From contig CAXXKT010000001.1 in NCBI GenBank assembly GCA_963662405.2, positions 2,528,001 to 2,592,000 on the forward strand: DNA of 64,000 nt, in the 5' to 3' direction. This stretch comes from Syntrophales bacterium. Lineage in GTDB: Bacteria > Desulfobacterota > Syntrophia > Syntrophales > UBA2210. This document shows, piece after piece, positions 31,008-41,382 of the stretch. The notes below the pieces were generated by a model, which did not search any database, was not told the origin of the DNA, and saw only the letters and a program-made list of their open reading frames with translations. Numbering within the stretch: the first letter of the stretch is position 1; every line of letters starts with the position of its first letter. The translations under genes were made by a program, and so were the position numbers.

Positions 31008-32015
31008 ATGCACAGACTCGAATCCATTATCCGAATATTTACATTTTCTCTGATTCTGGGGTCTTGTATTCGGATAGGTGGCGTCCTCGGTTCGGTGTTG
31101 GCCTTCTCAACGAAGCGCTATCGCCTTGCTTCATTTGGATGTGCCTTGCTTGTGGCAGGGGTTCCCGGCTGCGCCTTGCCGCCCTCCATGGCAAGTATCG
31201 ATACCATCCTTGCCAAGGAAGGGAGAAGCGGTCTTATGCATTATGGGTACCGGTGCACGTCGGGCGCACACCGCGGCGCATCCGCTGAGTATAAAGAAAA
31301 CACCATGGCCGCATTGAAGGCCGCGGAGGAGGATAAAAAATATGCCTTCATAGAGTTCGATGTCCAGTACTCAAGGGACAAAAAGATCGTCGTCTATCAT
31401 GATAAAAGCATGATCAGGCTTTTTGGCAGCATGAAGCGGATAGGGGAGGCGACATCTGCCGAGCTGTCGAAGTTGTCAGGAGGGGAAATCGTCTCCTATG
31501 ATGAAGTCATCGGTCTCCTGCAGAAGAAACTGAACATTGAGATCAAGTCACAGGGAGACAGGGAGGAAGATGAACGATTGGTCGATGAGATCGTCGCGGA
31601 TATTCGGGCCCGCGAACGGGGCGACGATGTATTGATAAGCTCTATCTCAAGTGATGTCATCAGATACGTCAAGCGCACGTATCCCGGTATACTGACCGGG
31701 CAGGTGTTCTGGTTGACGGCTTCAACGTATCTGCGCTTCGATGGTCTGACGAAAAGACTGTACGACGATATCAACGCCAGCCACGCGGATTACCTCATGC
31801 TGCATGTGGCCAACCTGCGCAACATCGATGCCCTGCTGAAATTCAAACCCCGGGGGAAGACCATTGTCTTCTGGGATTTCGACGACTCGATATACATTGT
31901 CCATAGGGATCTCTCAGACCGGCTCTGGGGAGAATCCGGCCTCAGGACATTCCTACAAGCTGTACGCTATGGGCTTGCATCGCCCCCAGACCCACCACCC
32001 GGCACGGAGGAGTGA
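31008..32015 (+). CDS. Glycerophosphodiester phosphodiesterase family protein (start uncertain)
   Basis: AHRGAS, ENTMAA, IEFDVQ, VYHD, NIEIK motifs. Confidence 0.82.
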   Translation: MHRLESIIRIFTFSLILGSCIRIGGVLGSVLAFSTKRYRLASFGCALLVAGVPGCALPPSMASIDTILAKEGRSGLMHYGYRCTSGAHRGASAEYKENTMAALKAAEEDKKYAFIEFDVQYSRDKKIVVYHDKSMIRLFGSMKRIGEATSAELSKLSGGEIVSYDEVIGLLQKKLNIEIKSQGDREEDERLVDEIVADIRARERGDDVLISSISSDVIRYVKRTYPGILTGQVFWLTASTYLRFDGLTKRLYDDINASHADYLMLHVANLRNIDALLKFKPRGKTIVFWDFDDSIYIVHRDLSDRLWGESGLRTFLQAVRYGLASPPDPPPGTEE

Positions 32016-32080
32016 ACCGCGAAGGTAGGGACTACGGATACTATGTCCACGTGTCTGTGCCCGCTGATTCCTCTTCATCC

Positions 32081-33718
32081 TCACATGGCGGCCCGCATGA
32101 CGGGGTAGCCGTCGTTGCCGGACAGTTCCGCCTCTTTCATTGCCAGGTATGCGTCAAAGTCCGTCATCACATCGATGATGCCGTCCGGAGTAAATTCGAT
32201 AATCCTGTTTGCCACGGTGGAGACGAACTGATGGTCATGAGAGGTGAAGAGTACCACCTCGGGAAAGGCCGTCAGGGCGTTGTTCAGGGAGGTGATCGAC
32301 TCAAGATCGAGGTGGTTGGTCGGCTCGTCAAGGATGAGGACGTTGGCGTCTGCGAGCATCATCCGGGAGAGCATGCAGCGCACCCGCTCGCCGCCGGAGA
32401 GGACGGAGGTCTTCTTCATTGCTTCCTCCCCGGAAAACAGCATCTTTCCCAGGAACCCCCGGACGAAACTTTCATGCTCCTGCGGGGGAGCATACTGGCG
32501 CAGCCAGCCGACAAGATCGAGCTCCTCATTACTGAAATAGGCGGCGTTTTCTTTCGGAAAATAGGCGCTACGGATGGTCACGCCCCAGCGGAAGCTCCCT
32601 TTGTCCGGTTCGGTTTCCCCGGCCAGGATCTGGAACAGGGTAGTTTTTGCCAGGCTGCCCTCACCGACGAAGGCGATCTTGTCACCCTTGTTGACGGTGA
32701 GGGTGAGGTTCTCAAACAGGGGAACACCGTCGACTGTCTTGGAAAGACCCTCAATTACTAGGATGACGTCACCACAGGGCCGTTCGGGTGTGAAGGTGAT
32801 ATAGGGATATTTCCGGGAGGAAATCGGCATGTTCTCGATGGTGAGCTTGTCGAGCAGCTTCTTGCGTGAAGTGGCCTGCCTGGCCTTGGAGGCGTTTGAA
32901 CTGAAGCGCCGGATGAACTCCTTGAGTTCTTCCGCCTTGGCCTGTGCCTTCTTCCCCTCGCTTTCTTTTTGGCGGAAATGGAGCTGGCTGGCCTGATACC
33001 AGAAGTCATAATTGCCTGCGTAGACCAGGATCTTACCGTAATCGATATCCGCCACGTGGGTGCAGACCTGGTTCAGGAAATGCCGGTCATGGGAGACAAT
33101 GATTACCGTGTTCTGGAAGCGGGAAAGAAAGTCTTCCAACCAGGTGATGGTCCTCAGATCCAACTGGTTGGTGGGCTCATCCAGTAGAAGGATATCGGGG
33201 TTGCCGAAGAGGGCCTGGGCCAGCAGGACCCTTACCTTATCGCTGCCGTCAAGCTCCTTCATCATTTTCTGACGCATCTCTTCCGGGATGCCGAGGCCGT
33301 TCAACAGGACGGCGGCCTCCGCCTCCGCCTCATAGCCGTTCATCTCACCGAACTTCGCCTCCAGTTCTCCGGAGCGGATGCCGTCTTCTTCGGTAAAATC
33401 GGCCTTTGAATAGATGGCCTCGCGCTCGGCCATGATCTTGAAGAGTTTTCTGTGTCCCATGATCACGGTATTGAAAACGGTCTGTTCGTCGAAGGCGAAC
33501 TGGTCTTGGCTGAGCACGGCAATGCGTTCCCCCCGTCCCTTGGTAATCTCGCCGCTGTCCGGATCAAGCTGGTCTGACAGGATCTTCAAAAAGGTGGATT
33601 TTCCGGCACCGTTTGCACCGATCAGGCCGTAGCAGTTGCCGGGAGCGAACTTAATGTTGACGTTCTTAAAGATAACCCTCTTGCCGTACGAGAGGGAGAT
33701 ATTCGATGCGGTTATCAT
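32081..33718 (-). CDS. ABC-F family ATPase (YbiT/YkpA-like)
   Basis: Two ABC domains, GANGAGKS, LDEPTN twice, no TM domain. Confidence 0.92.
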   Translation of the reverse strand: MITASNISLSYGKRVIFKNVNIKFAPGNCYGLIGANGAGKSTFLKILSDQLDPDSGEITKGRGERIAVLSQDQFAFDEQTVFNTVIMGHRKLFKIMAEREAIYSKADFTEEDGIRSGELEAKFGEMNGYEAEAEAAVLLNGLGIPEEMRQKMMKELDGSDKVRVLLAQALFGNPDILLLDEPTNQLDLRTITWLEDFLSRFQNTVIIVSHDRHFLNQVCTHVADIDYGKILVYAGNYDFWYQASQLHFRQKESEGKKAQAKAEELKEFIRRFSSNASKARQATSRKKLLDKLTIENMPISSRKYPYITFTPERPCGDVILVIEGLSKTVDGVPLFENLTLTVNKGDKIAFVGEGSLAKTTLFQILAGETEPDKGSFRWGVTIRSAYFPKENAAYFSNEELDLVGWLRQYAPPQEHESFVRGFLGKMLFSGEEAMKKTSVLSGGERVRCMLSRMMLADANVLILDEPTNHLDLESITSLNNALTAFPEVVLFTSHDHQFVSTVANRIIEFTPDGIIDVMTDFDAYLAMKEAELSGNDGYPVMRAAM

Positions 33719-34051
33719 GGTCGAGTCCTTATAACAAAAGCCGCGAGTGAAATTCCCGTGGCACAGAGTCGTTTTATTTCGGGTAAGAAAATAGGTTGCA
33801 AGGTCCCCTCGTACGGGGAAGCGCGTTCACGAAATTGGTTCCCTACAAATAATCAAGGGGTTAATCTTCTTGTGGAAGGGAGGTATCCTCTTCAACGGCT
33901 GGAGCTTCACGTTTCTCCAATTTGCGCTGCCTTTTTTCCTCTTTCTTCTTTTTTTTCGCCAGCTCTTTCTGTCGCTTCTGGAATGAATAATTTGGTCTGC
34001 CCAATATTCCCTCCTTCTGGGTGTTACCGGTTGGCGTGCAAAACTTTTTCC

Positions 34052-34090
34052 AAAAAAAACACCCTGCGATTCAACAAAACCGCAGGGTGT
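34052..34090 (-). terminator. Terminator of the cold-shock gene
   Basis: ACACCCTGCG/CGCAGGGTGT stem followed by poly-T on the minus strand. Confidence 0.8.
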
Positions 34091-34113
34091 ATTCTTTGCG
34101 ATGTCGCGACTGC

Positions 34114-34314
34114 CTACAGCGCTCTTACATTCGTTGCCGCCGGGCCTTTCTTGCCCTGCTCGATGTCAAAGCTCACGCGCTGACCCTCTTGCAGCGACCT
34201 GAAACCCTCAGACTGAATTGCGCTGTGGTGAACAAAAAGGTCCTTGCCACCATCCATTTCGATGAAACCAAAGCCTTTCCCGTCGTTAAACCATTTAACG
34301 GTGCCTTCTGCCAT
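34114..34314 (-). CDS. Cold-shock protein (CspA family)
   Basis: [24 protein letters not shown]. Confidence 0.97.
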   Translation of the reverse strand: MAEGTVKWFNDGKGFGFIEMDGGKDLFVHHSAIQSEGFRSLQEGQRVSFDIEQGKKGPAATNVRAL

Positions 34315-34505
34315 AATATGCTTCCTCCTTTCTCCAGTTTTTCAAAGTCGGATTTCCATTATGACTGAAGAAAAAAAGGCCGCCAAGAATACAAATCAGC
34401 GATGGCGACCAATCTTTACACTTCAAAATGTCTTTCTCCAACTTGCGATGCGTCTATCTATAGCGTTTGAGAAGGTATGTCAAGAAATATTATTCATTCA
34501 CCCTA

Positions 34506-35393
34506 TTATTCACCCGGTTCCAGGTGTGTGACGACATCCAATACCCGCGGTCCCTTTTCAAGGAGGGCCTTCTTGACCGTTTCGGAGATGTCATGTCCTG
34601 AACTGACGGAGATAGCCGGGTCAACGAGTATGTGGAGGTCGACATAAAGGCTCTCTCCATATTTACGGGTCCGTATCGCATGCACGTCTTTGACCCCTTT
34701 GATATCCGTCGCTATTTTCCTGATCTGGGCGCGCTCATTCTCTGATGCCCCGTGGTCGGCGAGTTCCGCCAGTGAGGGCCGCAAAATATCCCAGGACACC
34801 TTCAGAATAAAGACGGAGATGATGAGTGCGCCGAGGTGATCTACGAAGAACCACGCCGGGTTTATTGTGGCCATCACCACGGCTATGATGGCCGGTATCG
34901 AACTTAATGCATCCGAGCGGTGGTGCCAAGCATTCGCGACAACAGCGGTGGATCGTACCCGCGTTCCCACGATGATGGTCCAGTGGTAAAGGATCTCCTT
35001 GAGCACAATTGAGAGGAGGGGGCCGATAAGGGCTATCCAGGTCGTTTGCCTGGCGTGCGGCTGACTGAGGGCGCATACGGCCTTATACCCCAGTCCGAAC
35101 GCGACGGAAACGAGGGCAAGGCCGATCAGAGCGGTGATAATCGCCTCGATCCGCCCGTGCCCGTATGGATGATCATCATCAGGTGGTGCTGACCAGTATT
35201 GAACCCCCAGGATGACCGAAAAATCGGTAGCCAGATCCGATAGGCTGTGAACGGCGTCTGCAATAACCGCTTGGCTGGAGCCTATCGTCCCGACGGCGAA
35301 TTTAACCGCAGCCAAAGCGACATTGACGATGCATCCTATCCAGGTGACTTTCTTGATTTGCCTGGTTTGAATTTCTGAAATCTCCGGTCGCAT
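34506..35393 (-). CDS. Cation diffusion facilitator family transporter
   Basis: ADAVHSLSD, HPYGHGRIE, HHRSDA, C-terminal dimerisation domain. Confidence 0.93.
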   Translation of the reverse strand: MRPEISEIQTRQIKKVTWIGCIVNVALAAVKFAVGTIGSSQAVIADAVHSLSDLATDFSVILGVQYWSAPPDDDHPYGHGRIEAIITALIGLALVSVAFGLGYKAVCALSQPHARQTTWIALIGPLLSIVLKEILYHWTIIVGTRVRSTAVVANAWHHRSDALSSIPAIIAVVMATINPAWFFVDHLGALIISVFILKVSWDILRPSLAELADHGASENERAQIRKIATDIKGVKDVHAIRTRKYGESLYVDLHILVDPAISVSSGHDISETVKKALLEKGPRVLDVVTHLEPGE

Positions 35394-35695
35394 CTGATAT
35401 TCATGCCCCTCTGCCCTGGGATTTGATCCGCTGACACCATGGTTACCTTGTGTCGATACTACGCATCATATGGCACCGATTGTCAAGATTTTTGAGGACC
35501 GAAGAACCTTTGTGTCTCTGACTTGGTTATTCCTGCTCAAAGACAGGCGAAACAAAGGGATTGCCGGGTAAATTCCCTTTCAAAATACGCCAAAAGGTGT
35601 ATTGACCGGGGACCGAAATGTTGTCATCTTAGATTCAAATGAAGGCGTGGTTTCCAGGTTTCCAGTTTCGTGTTTTGAGAGAGAGGAGACAGGTA

Positions 35696-36022
35696 ATGGT
35701 CATCGTGACAACCGTATCATTCGGGAAGAGAAGCATGTATGAGACACAGAGCAGTCTCGGAGCATTTCCTCCTGTCCCCCATTATATCAACATGATGGGT
35801 CCCTATATCAAGAACGTCAAATCCGGTGGAGGAATTGAGACCATTTACCTCTTTGAATTTGATGAATCACACTTGAATAAGGTACGAGATTTTATCAATG
35901 AGCGGATGGAGATTTACAATAAAATAGCCGATCTATCCTACTCTGTAGACCTCTGGCTCGACCTTGACGATATCCGTGGCATGACCGGGTTGGAGACATC
36001 TCAACCCTATGCGTCTGCGTAG
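35696..36022 (+). CDS. Hypothetical protein
   Basis: GAGGAG RBS, upstream TTGACC promoter-like box; no recognised motif. Confidence 0.6.
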   Translation: MVIVTTVSFGKRSMYETQSSLGAFPPVPHYINMMGPYIKNVKSGGGIETIYLFEFDESHLNKVRDFINERMEIYNKIADLSYSVDLWLDLDDIRGMTGLETSQPYASA

Positions 36023-36228
36023 CGTTCCCGCCCCCCTGTTCGATCCGCTTGCAGGGGCATCATTGTTCTGTCGATAATCTTAATAATCGTTGACAAGAAT
36101 CATATCCTGCAATAAGTAGGGCGCTTGATTTATCCTACGGATTGTGATTGTCGTGTGTGGTTGGAACGACGATCTGGGGTTGATCGAACAGGGCAGAGTG
36201 TGTCAGGTGACGGAAGGGAGATATATTT

Positions 36229-36903
36229 TTGACGGGAACACTAGTCAATACGGGGGCGATCATTGCCGGAAGTCTGATCGGTATCTCCGTGGGGAAACAC
36301 CTCCCCGAGAGAATCAAGACGATCATGGTCCAGGCGCTTGGCCTTTCGGTTCTCCTGGTGGGCATCAAGATGGCCCTCGATGTCACCGACCTGATCGTTA
36401 CCATCGGCTGCATGCTCCTCGGTGCGGTCACCGGGGAGCTGATCAGGATCGAGTACTGGATCGAGCGCCTTGGCGAGTGGCTCAAGGATCGGACCAGCTC
36501 GAATTCATCGACCTTTGCCGAGGGTTTTATGTCCGCCTCCGTTCTCTATCTGACCGGGGCGATGATGATCGTTGGCTCCATCCAGGACGGGACGGTCGGT
36601 GATCCGACCACCCTCTATGTGAAGTCTCTCCTTGACGGCGTCATCTCGATTCCCCTCGCGTCGGGCCTGGGGATCGGGGTCGGCTTCTCGGCACTCTCCG
36701 TCTTTGTCGTCCAGGGGAGTCTTACCCTCCTCGCCGGGCACCTGCTCTTCATGCAGGACCCCGTTGTCCTGAACGCCGTCACCGCCACCGGCGGTCTGCT
36801 TATCATCGGGATCGGTACCAACCTCTTGCAGGTCACCAAGATATCGATAGGGAACTTCCTGCCCGCCATCATCTATGCCATTATCTGGACCGTTATCATG
36901 TAA
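36229..36903 (+). CDS. DUF554 family membrane protein
   Basis: GTLVNTGAIIAGSLIG, GSIQDG, KSLLDG motifs. Confidence 0.88.
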   Translation: MTGTLVNTGAIIAGSLIGISVGKHLPERIKTIMVQALGLSVLLVGIKMALDVTDLIVTIGCMLLGAVTGELIRIEYWIERLGEWLKDRTSSNSSTFAEGFMSASVLYLTGAMMIVGSIQDGTVGDPTTLYVKSLLDGVISIPLASGLGIGVGFSALSVFVVQGSLTLLAGHLLFMQDPVVLNAVTATGGLLIIGIGTNLLQVTKISIGNFLPAIIYAIIWTVIM

Positions 36904-36915
36904 AGGGGGATACAA

Positions 36916-37983
36916 ATGGAGATAGGACTGATCGGTCTGCCCAATGCCGGTAAGACGACGATATTCAACGCGCTGACCGGACGAGCGGAAGAGGTGACGA
37001 CCTATACGGACACCACCGCAAAGCCGAATCTTGCGGTGGTCGATGTGATCGACGAGCGGATCACCCGCCTCTCGGAGATGTATCGGCCGAAGAAGACGAC
37101 GTATGCGACGGTCCAACTCGTCGATTTCGTGGGGCTGGCGCGTGATGCGGAGGGGAAGGTCTCCTTTCCGGATGCCTCGATCGGTTTGATGCGCACGGTG
37201 GACACCCTTGCCCTGGTGGTGAGAAACTTTGATGATATTCGGGGGGAGGCCCCCTCGCCGCTGGAGGATATCGAACAGGTGGAGACGGAGCTTGTCATCT
37301 CCGATCTGATCGTCTGCGAGCGGCGTCTGGAGAAGATCGCTCTGGGCAATAAACGGGGGCAGAAGACCCCCGCATCCCAACTTGAAGAAACGATTCTCAC
37401 CCGGATTCAGGAGTGCCTGAACGATGGGGGGAGGGTATCAAACCTCGAACTCGGAAAGGACGAGAAGAAACTGATCAGCGGGTTCCAGTTCCTGACGGAG
37501 AAGCCCCTCCTGGTCGTCCTCAATTCGGGTGAGGGCACCTTCGGGAACAATCGCGAACTCCTGGAGGAGATCCGGAAGACCCATGCCGTGGTTGAATTCG
37601 CCGGGACCTTCGAGATGGAGCTGTCTCGGCTGGATGATGAGGAAAAACAGTTTTTTATGGAAGACTTGGGGGTCGAGGAGTCTGCCTGTGGACGACTGAC
37701 GCGCTCGGCCTACGAGATCTCCAGTTCCATCAGTTATTTTACCGTCGGGACGGATGAGGTCCGGGCATGGAATATCCGCGAAGGGCAGACCGCCGTGGAG
37801 GCCGCGGGGGTGATCCATTCCGATCTCGCCCGGGGATTTATCCGGGCGGAATGTTTCTCCTATGATGACCTGATCGCCTGCGGTTCCGAAAAAGAGGTTC
37901 ACGACAAGGGGCGTTTCCGCCTCGAGGGAAAAGACTATATCGTGAAAGACGGGGATATCCTTGCCATCCGGTTTAGTGTATAA
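36916..37983 (+). CDS. ychF: YchF/OLA1-family ATPase (DUF933 C-terminus)
   Basis: GLPNAGKTT, EVRAW, AGVIHSDLARGFIRAE, EGKDYIVKDGD. Confidence 0.9.
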   Translation: MEIGLIGLPNAGKTTIFNALTGRAEEVTTYTDTTAKPNLAVVDVIDERITRLSEMYRPKKTTYATVQLVDFVGLARDAEGKVSFPDASIGLMRTVDTLALVVRNFDDIRGEAPSPLEDIEQVETELVISDLIVCERRLEKIALGNKRGQKTPASQLEETILTRIQECLNDGGRVSNLELGKDEKKLISGFQFLTEKPLLVVLNSGEGTFGNNRELLEEIRKTHAVVEFAGTFEMELSRLDDEEKQFFMEDLGVEESACGRLTRSAYEISSSISYFTVGTDEVRAWNIREGQTAVEAAGVIHSDLARGFIRAECFSYDDLIACGSEKEVHDKGRFRLEGKDYIVKDGDILAIRFSV

Positions 37984-38049
37984 TCCACCCGTTTCGAATT
38001 CCGGTACTGTCTCACTTTCTTTTTTGCTCCAGAAGGGCCGGGTACAACG

Positions 38050-39969
38050 ATGAACGGGCGCTTTCGCATAGGATGGCTGATGTTCTGTGCCACCGTTGTC
38101 TTCATGAATCCGGGCATTACCCTGATGCCCCATGGCGGTGTTTCTCACGCTGCGGGGAACCCCCCGCCGATTATTACACCGATACAACAGCCCGAGGTCA
38201 AACAATCGGCACCGGGCAGTTCCCAGCCGGTGGTCGTTCCCTCCCGTGAGGGACCGTTCTATGCCGTGCAGGCGGCCGCCTGCCGCCGGGAAGAAAACGC
38301 CCGGATCATCATGCAAAAACTGGAGGGGAGGGGATACGAACCGATCCTCTATTCGTGGGCGGACTCGGCGGGAGACGCGTGGCACTCGGTGTTTCTCGGC
38401 CTCTGTGACACTGCCGCCGAGGCTGAGACCGTTGCGCGGCGATACCGCGAAGCGGAGGGAACGGCCGGCTTTATCAAGGTGCTCGACCGGTATGTCCCGG
38501 TGGTGGCTGCGGCACCCGTGACCCACCTCCCCGAACCGCCGTCCCGTCAACCTCAAGTGACGGCTGATCCGAGGCAGGGAAAGACGGCACCGGCCGCCCG
38601 CGATCCGAAAGCCGTTGAGACGGCGGAAGAAGAAAACACCGGCCCGGAGTTTTCCTGTAGCGGTTTTGTCGAGCTCGAGAGTTTCGTCAACACGGGAAAG
38701 GCGGGGAGTGCCAAGGTCAAGAACAAAAAGAACGAGATCCGAAACCGTCTCCGGATACGGTATGGAACCGAGAGCCTCTATCTCTATTCCGTCTCGAACC
38801 TCTATCTTTTCCAGACCTATATGAATGGTGATGCGAACGATCGCTACCGCTATGCAAAGAGACAGGAGGTGTCACGGAACCTGAGGCTTTCCGAGGAAGA
38901 GAGCGAGCTGTCCTTTGATGAACTCTACCTCAACTACGGCGGAAAACATTTCAGACTGCGCGCGGGGAATCAGATATACGCCTGGGGGACGGCAGATGCC
39001 TTCAACCCGACGGCATACTTCAACCCGTCCGACATGCGGGAGATGCTCTTTCGGGACGACGATGAAGAGAAGGCGGGGGTCCCCTCCCTTTCCGGGATGT
39101 TTTTCTTGGGCGACTGGACCCTGGAGACCGTTCTCGTCCCCGTGCATGTCCCCCCGATTATGCCGGTGGAAGGGGACTTCTGGTCCCTCGCGATTGACAA
39201 TACGCTCCTGCCGGTCGTCTTCGATGAACCGGACACCCTCAGTTTCGGTGCCGACCATGTCGGGTACGGCGCCCGGCTCTCGACCAGTTTTGGGAGTGTC
39301 GATATGTCAGTGAGCGGATACTACGGACCGGACAGGAACCTCCTCTTTATCCCTTATGAGGTCACCTTTGACGGCTTTACCCCCGTCTGTCTCCGGATCA
39401 GGCCGCAGTCCTTTATGGTGACGATGTTCGGATTCGACCTCTCGGCGGTCCTGGGCGATGTCGTTGTCCAGGTTGAGGCGGTCTATTCGCCCGACAAGGT
39501 GGGGGTCGTCGAGCAGCGGACCACCAATCTCATGAGCGTGACCCTCCCCTTCGAGACGGACCGGGCGCATTATGTCTCCTACTCCGTCGGATTCAACTAT
39601 TTTATCCCCCTCGATACTCTGATAGAGGGACACACGGGGGATACAGTCTTCACCGCCGAGTGGTACACGGCGCAGTATCTGGAAGGGGGGATCTACACCC
39701 CGTATATCACCAATATCCTGAGCTGCAAGTTCCAGGACAGTTACTTCGACGGCCGTTTTAAGACGACCGTCAAGGGGATCTTCGATACGAGACACGGGGG
39801 AAAGATCTTCTGGCCCGAGATCAGGTATGACTTCCAGAACGGATTCCTCATCGAGCTCGGCTATGCCGCCATCTGGGGGGATAGGGGCGATTCATGGGAA
39901 GACGATTCGCTCTTCTCCTATTTCGAGGATAATGATGTGGTCATGATGAAGGTTCGCTACCAGTACTGA
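38050..39969 (+). CDS. SPOR-domain protein fused to a DUF1302-like outer-membrane beta-barrel
   Basis: Signal peptide; FYAVQAAAC..ENA SPOR-like; LRAGNQIYAWGTADAFNPT; C-terminal VRYQY aromatic end. Confidence 0.7.
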   Translation: MNGRFRIGWLMFCATVVFMNPGITLMPHGGVSHAAGNPPPIITPIQQPEVKQSAPGSSQPVVVPSREGPFYAVQAAACRREENARIIMQKLEGRGYEPILYSWADSAGDAWHSVFLGLCDTAAEAETVARRYREAEGTAGFIKVLDRYVPVVAAAPVTHLPEPPSRQPQVTADPRQGKTAPAARDPKAVETAEEENTGPEFSCSGFVELESFVNTGKAGSAKVKNKKNEIRNRLRIRYGTESLYLYSVSNLYLFQTYMNGDANDRYRYAKRQEVSRNLRLSEEESELSFDELYLNYGGKHFRLRAGNQIYAWGTADAFNPTAYFNPSDMREMLFRDDDEEKAGVPSLSGMFFLGDWTLETVLVPVHVPPIMPVEGDFWSLAIDNTLLPVVFDEPDTLSFGADHVGYGARLSTSFGSVDMSVSGYYGPDRNLLFIPYEVTFDGFTPVCLRIRPQSFMVTMFGFDLSAVLGDVVVQVEAVYSPDKVGVVEQRTTNLMSVTLPFETDRAHYVSYSVGFNYFIPLDTLIEGHTGDTVFTAEWYTAQYLEGGIYTPYITNILSCKFQDSYFDGRFKTTVKGIFDTRHGGKIFWPEIRYDFQNGFLIELGYAAIWGDRGDSWEDDSLFSYFEDNDVVMMKVRYQY

Positions 39970-40004
39970 CCGTTTCATTCAAAAAGGAGGAATGATAAAA
40001 AGTC

Positions 40005-40200
40005 TTCATGAGCTGTGAATTGGGATACACTGTTTGAAACTTTATAGTTTTGGGCAGCAAGGCTACTGTTCGACATGTTTACTGGTCTTCGAGACCGCAA
40101 AGGAGAATGAAGAGCTGTAGCCGCAACATTCAATGATCTTCGAGATCGAATAGGAGATTGGGACCAATTCACCTGACAGGCGCTGTCCAAGATGTGAGGA
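40005..40200 (+). ncRNA. Candidate bridge/seek RNA of the IS110 element
   Basis: Two parallel modules, GGTCTTCGAGACC+AAAGGAG and GATCTTCGAGATC+ATAGGAG, matching the target and donor sites; enclosing stems GGCTAC/GTAGCC and GGGCAGC/GCTGTCC. Confidence 0.7.
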
Positions 40201-40208
40201 GGCGTTCT

Positions 40209-41321
40209 ATGAAGATGAGTATCGGGGTTGACCTTCACAAGACGCAGTTTACCGTTTGTTGTTTGAGTGAAGATCGGAGTGTTCAGGAGTCGGGCATCTA
40301 CCCGACGACTGATCGAGGTTACCGGGCATTTATCATGAAGGTGTCCAACTGGAATGAGGGCGGTTACGAGGTCACGGCAGCGGTGGAATCAACAGGGAAC
40401 ACCCGACACTTTCGCAACCGGTTTTTGAAGGCGGGGATTGAGGTCAAGATAGTGAACACCTTGAAATTCAAGGTTGTAAATGAGTCAGTAAAAAAGACTG
40501 ACAAGCATGATTCCCGCACATTGGCTGAGTTTCTTGAGAAAGATATGCTTCCCGAGTCCATTCTTTGTTCGCAGGAAAGCGAGGACATTCGAAGGCTTCT
40601 CAAGTCACGTTCTGTTCTGGTGAAAGCTTTGGTATCCTTGAAAAACCAGATACACGGTTTATTGCTTGGATATGGGATAGAGAGTCGGCGGGGACAGCTG
40701 CAGAGCAAAAAAGAAAGGCAGCGAATCCTTGACGGTCTCGCGGACCATAGGAGTTACGGAAACGCTGCCCGAGCGGTAAAACCGCTTCTTGGTACAATAG
40801 ACCAAATTGCATCCGAGGTCAAAGGACTTGAGCGCGTATTATCTGATCTTGTTTCTGAAGACGAGGATGTTGCTCTGTTGCAAACGATTCCTGGCGTTGG
40901 AATAATAACAGCAGCGACGATTCGGGCTTATACCGATGACATCAACCGATATGAGAGCGCCAAGCAGTATGCTGCTCATGCCGGTTTGGTACCATGGGTT
41001 CAAAACTCCAACAAGACCATTCGCCATGGTCATATTACCAAGCGAGGCCCCGTGGAACTGAGGACGGCTTTTGTGCAAATGGTAATGGGGATGCTACGGC
41101 TTCGGAATAAAACCGATGGATATTGGCTTATGTACAAATACAAAGCCATGAAAGAGAACAAGGGAACCGGGAAGAGCGTAATAGCGACGGCGCGAAAGAT
41201 GAGCACTATTGTATATGCCATCTTGAAGAAGGGGGAGCCGTTTGATCCATCGAAAATGCTGCCAGACCCGAAATATGTAGAGATGAGTAAGGTTGCGAGG
41301 TGTTATGCTTTGGCCGTTTAA
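40209..41321 (+). CDS. IS110-family DEDD recombinase/transposase
   Basis: GVDLHK, ESTG, KTDKHDS (DEDD), IPGVG, AGLVP..QNS, ARKM motifs. Confidence 0.95.
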   Translation: MKMSIGVDLHKTQFTVCCLSEDRSVQESGIYPTTDRGYRAFIMKVSNWNEGGYEVTAAVESTGNTRHFRNRFLKAGIEVKIVNTLKFKVVNESVKKTDKHDSRTLAEFLEKDMLPESILCSQESEDIRRLLKSRSVLVKALVSLKNQIHGLLLGYGIESRRGQLQSKKERQRILDGLADHRSYGNAARAVKPLLGTIDQIASEVKGLERVLSDLVSEDEDVALLQTIPGVGIITAATIRAYTDDINRYESAKQYAAHAGLVPWVQNSNKTIRHGHITKRGPVELRTAFVQMVMGMLRLRNKTDGYWLMYKYKAMKENKGTGKSVIATARKMSTIVYAILKKGEPFDPSKMLPDPKYVEMSKVARCYALAV

Positions 41322-41382
41322 ATTTTAACCATGGGCCTGTTTGACAGGCTCTCCATGAATTGACTTTTTATAGGAGGAAGAC

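Larger units (their letters stand above)
39985..41379 (+). mobile_element. IS110-family insertion sequence with sub-terminal inverted repeats
   Basis: AGGAGGAA at both junctions (39985-39992, 41372-41379); IRs ATAAAAAGTC (39995-40004) / GACTTTTTAT (41362-41371). Confidence 0.85.
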
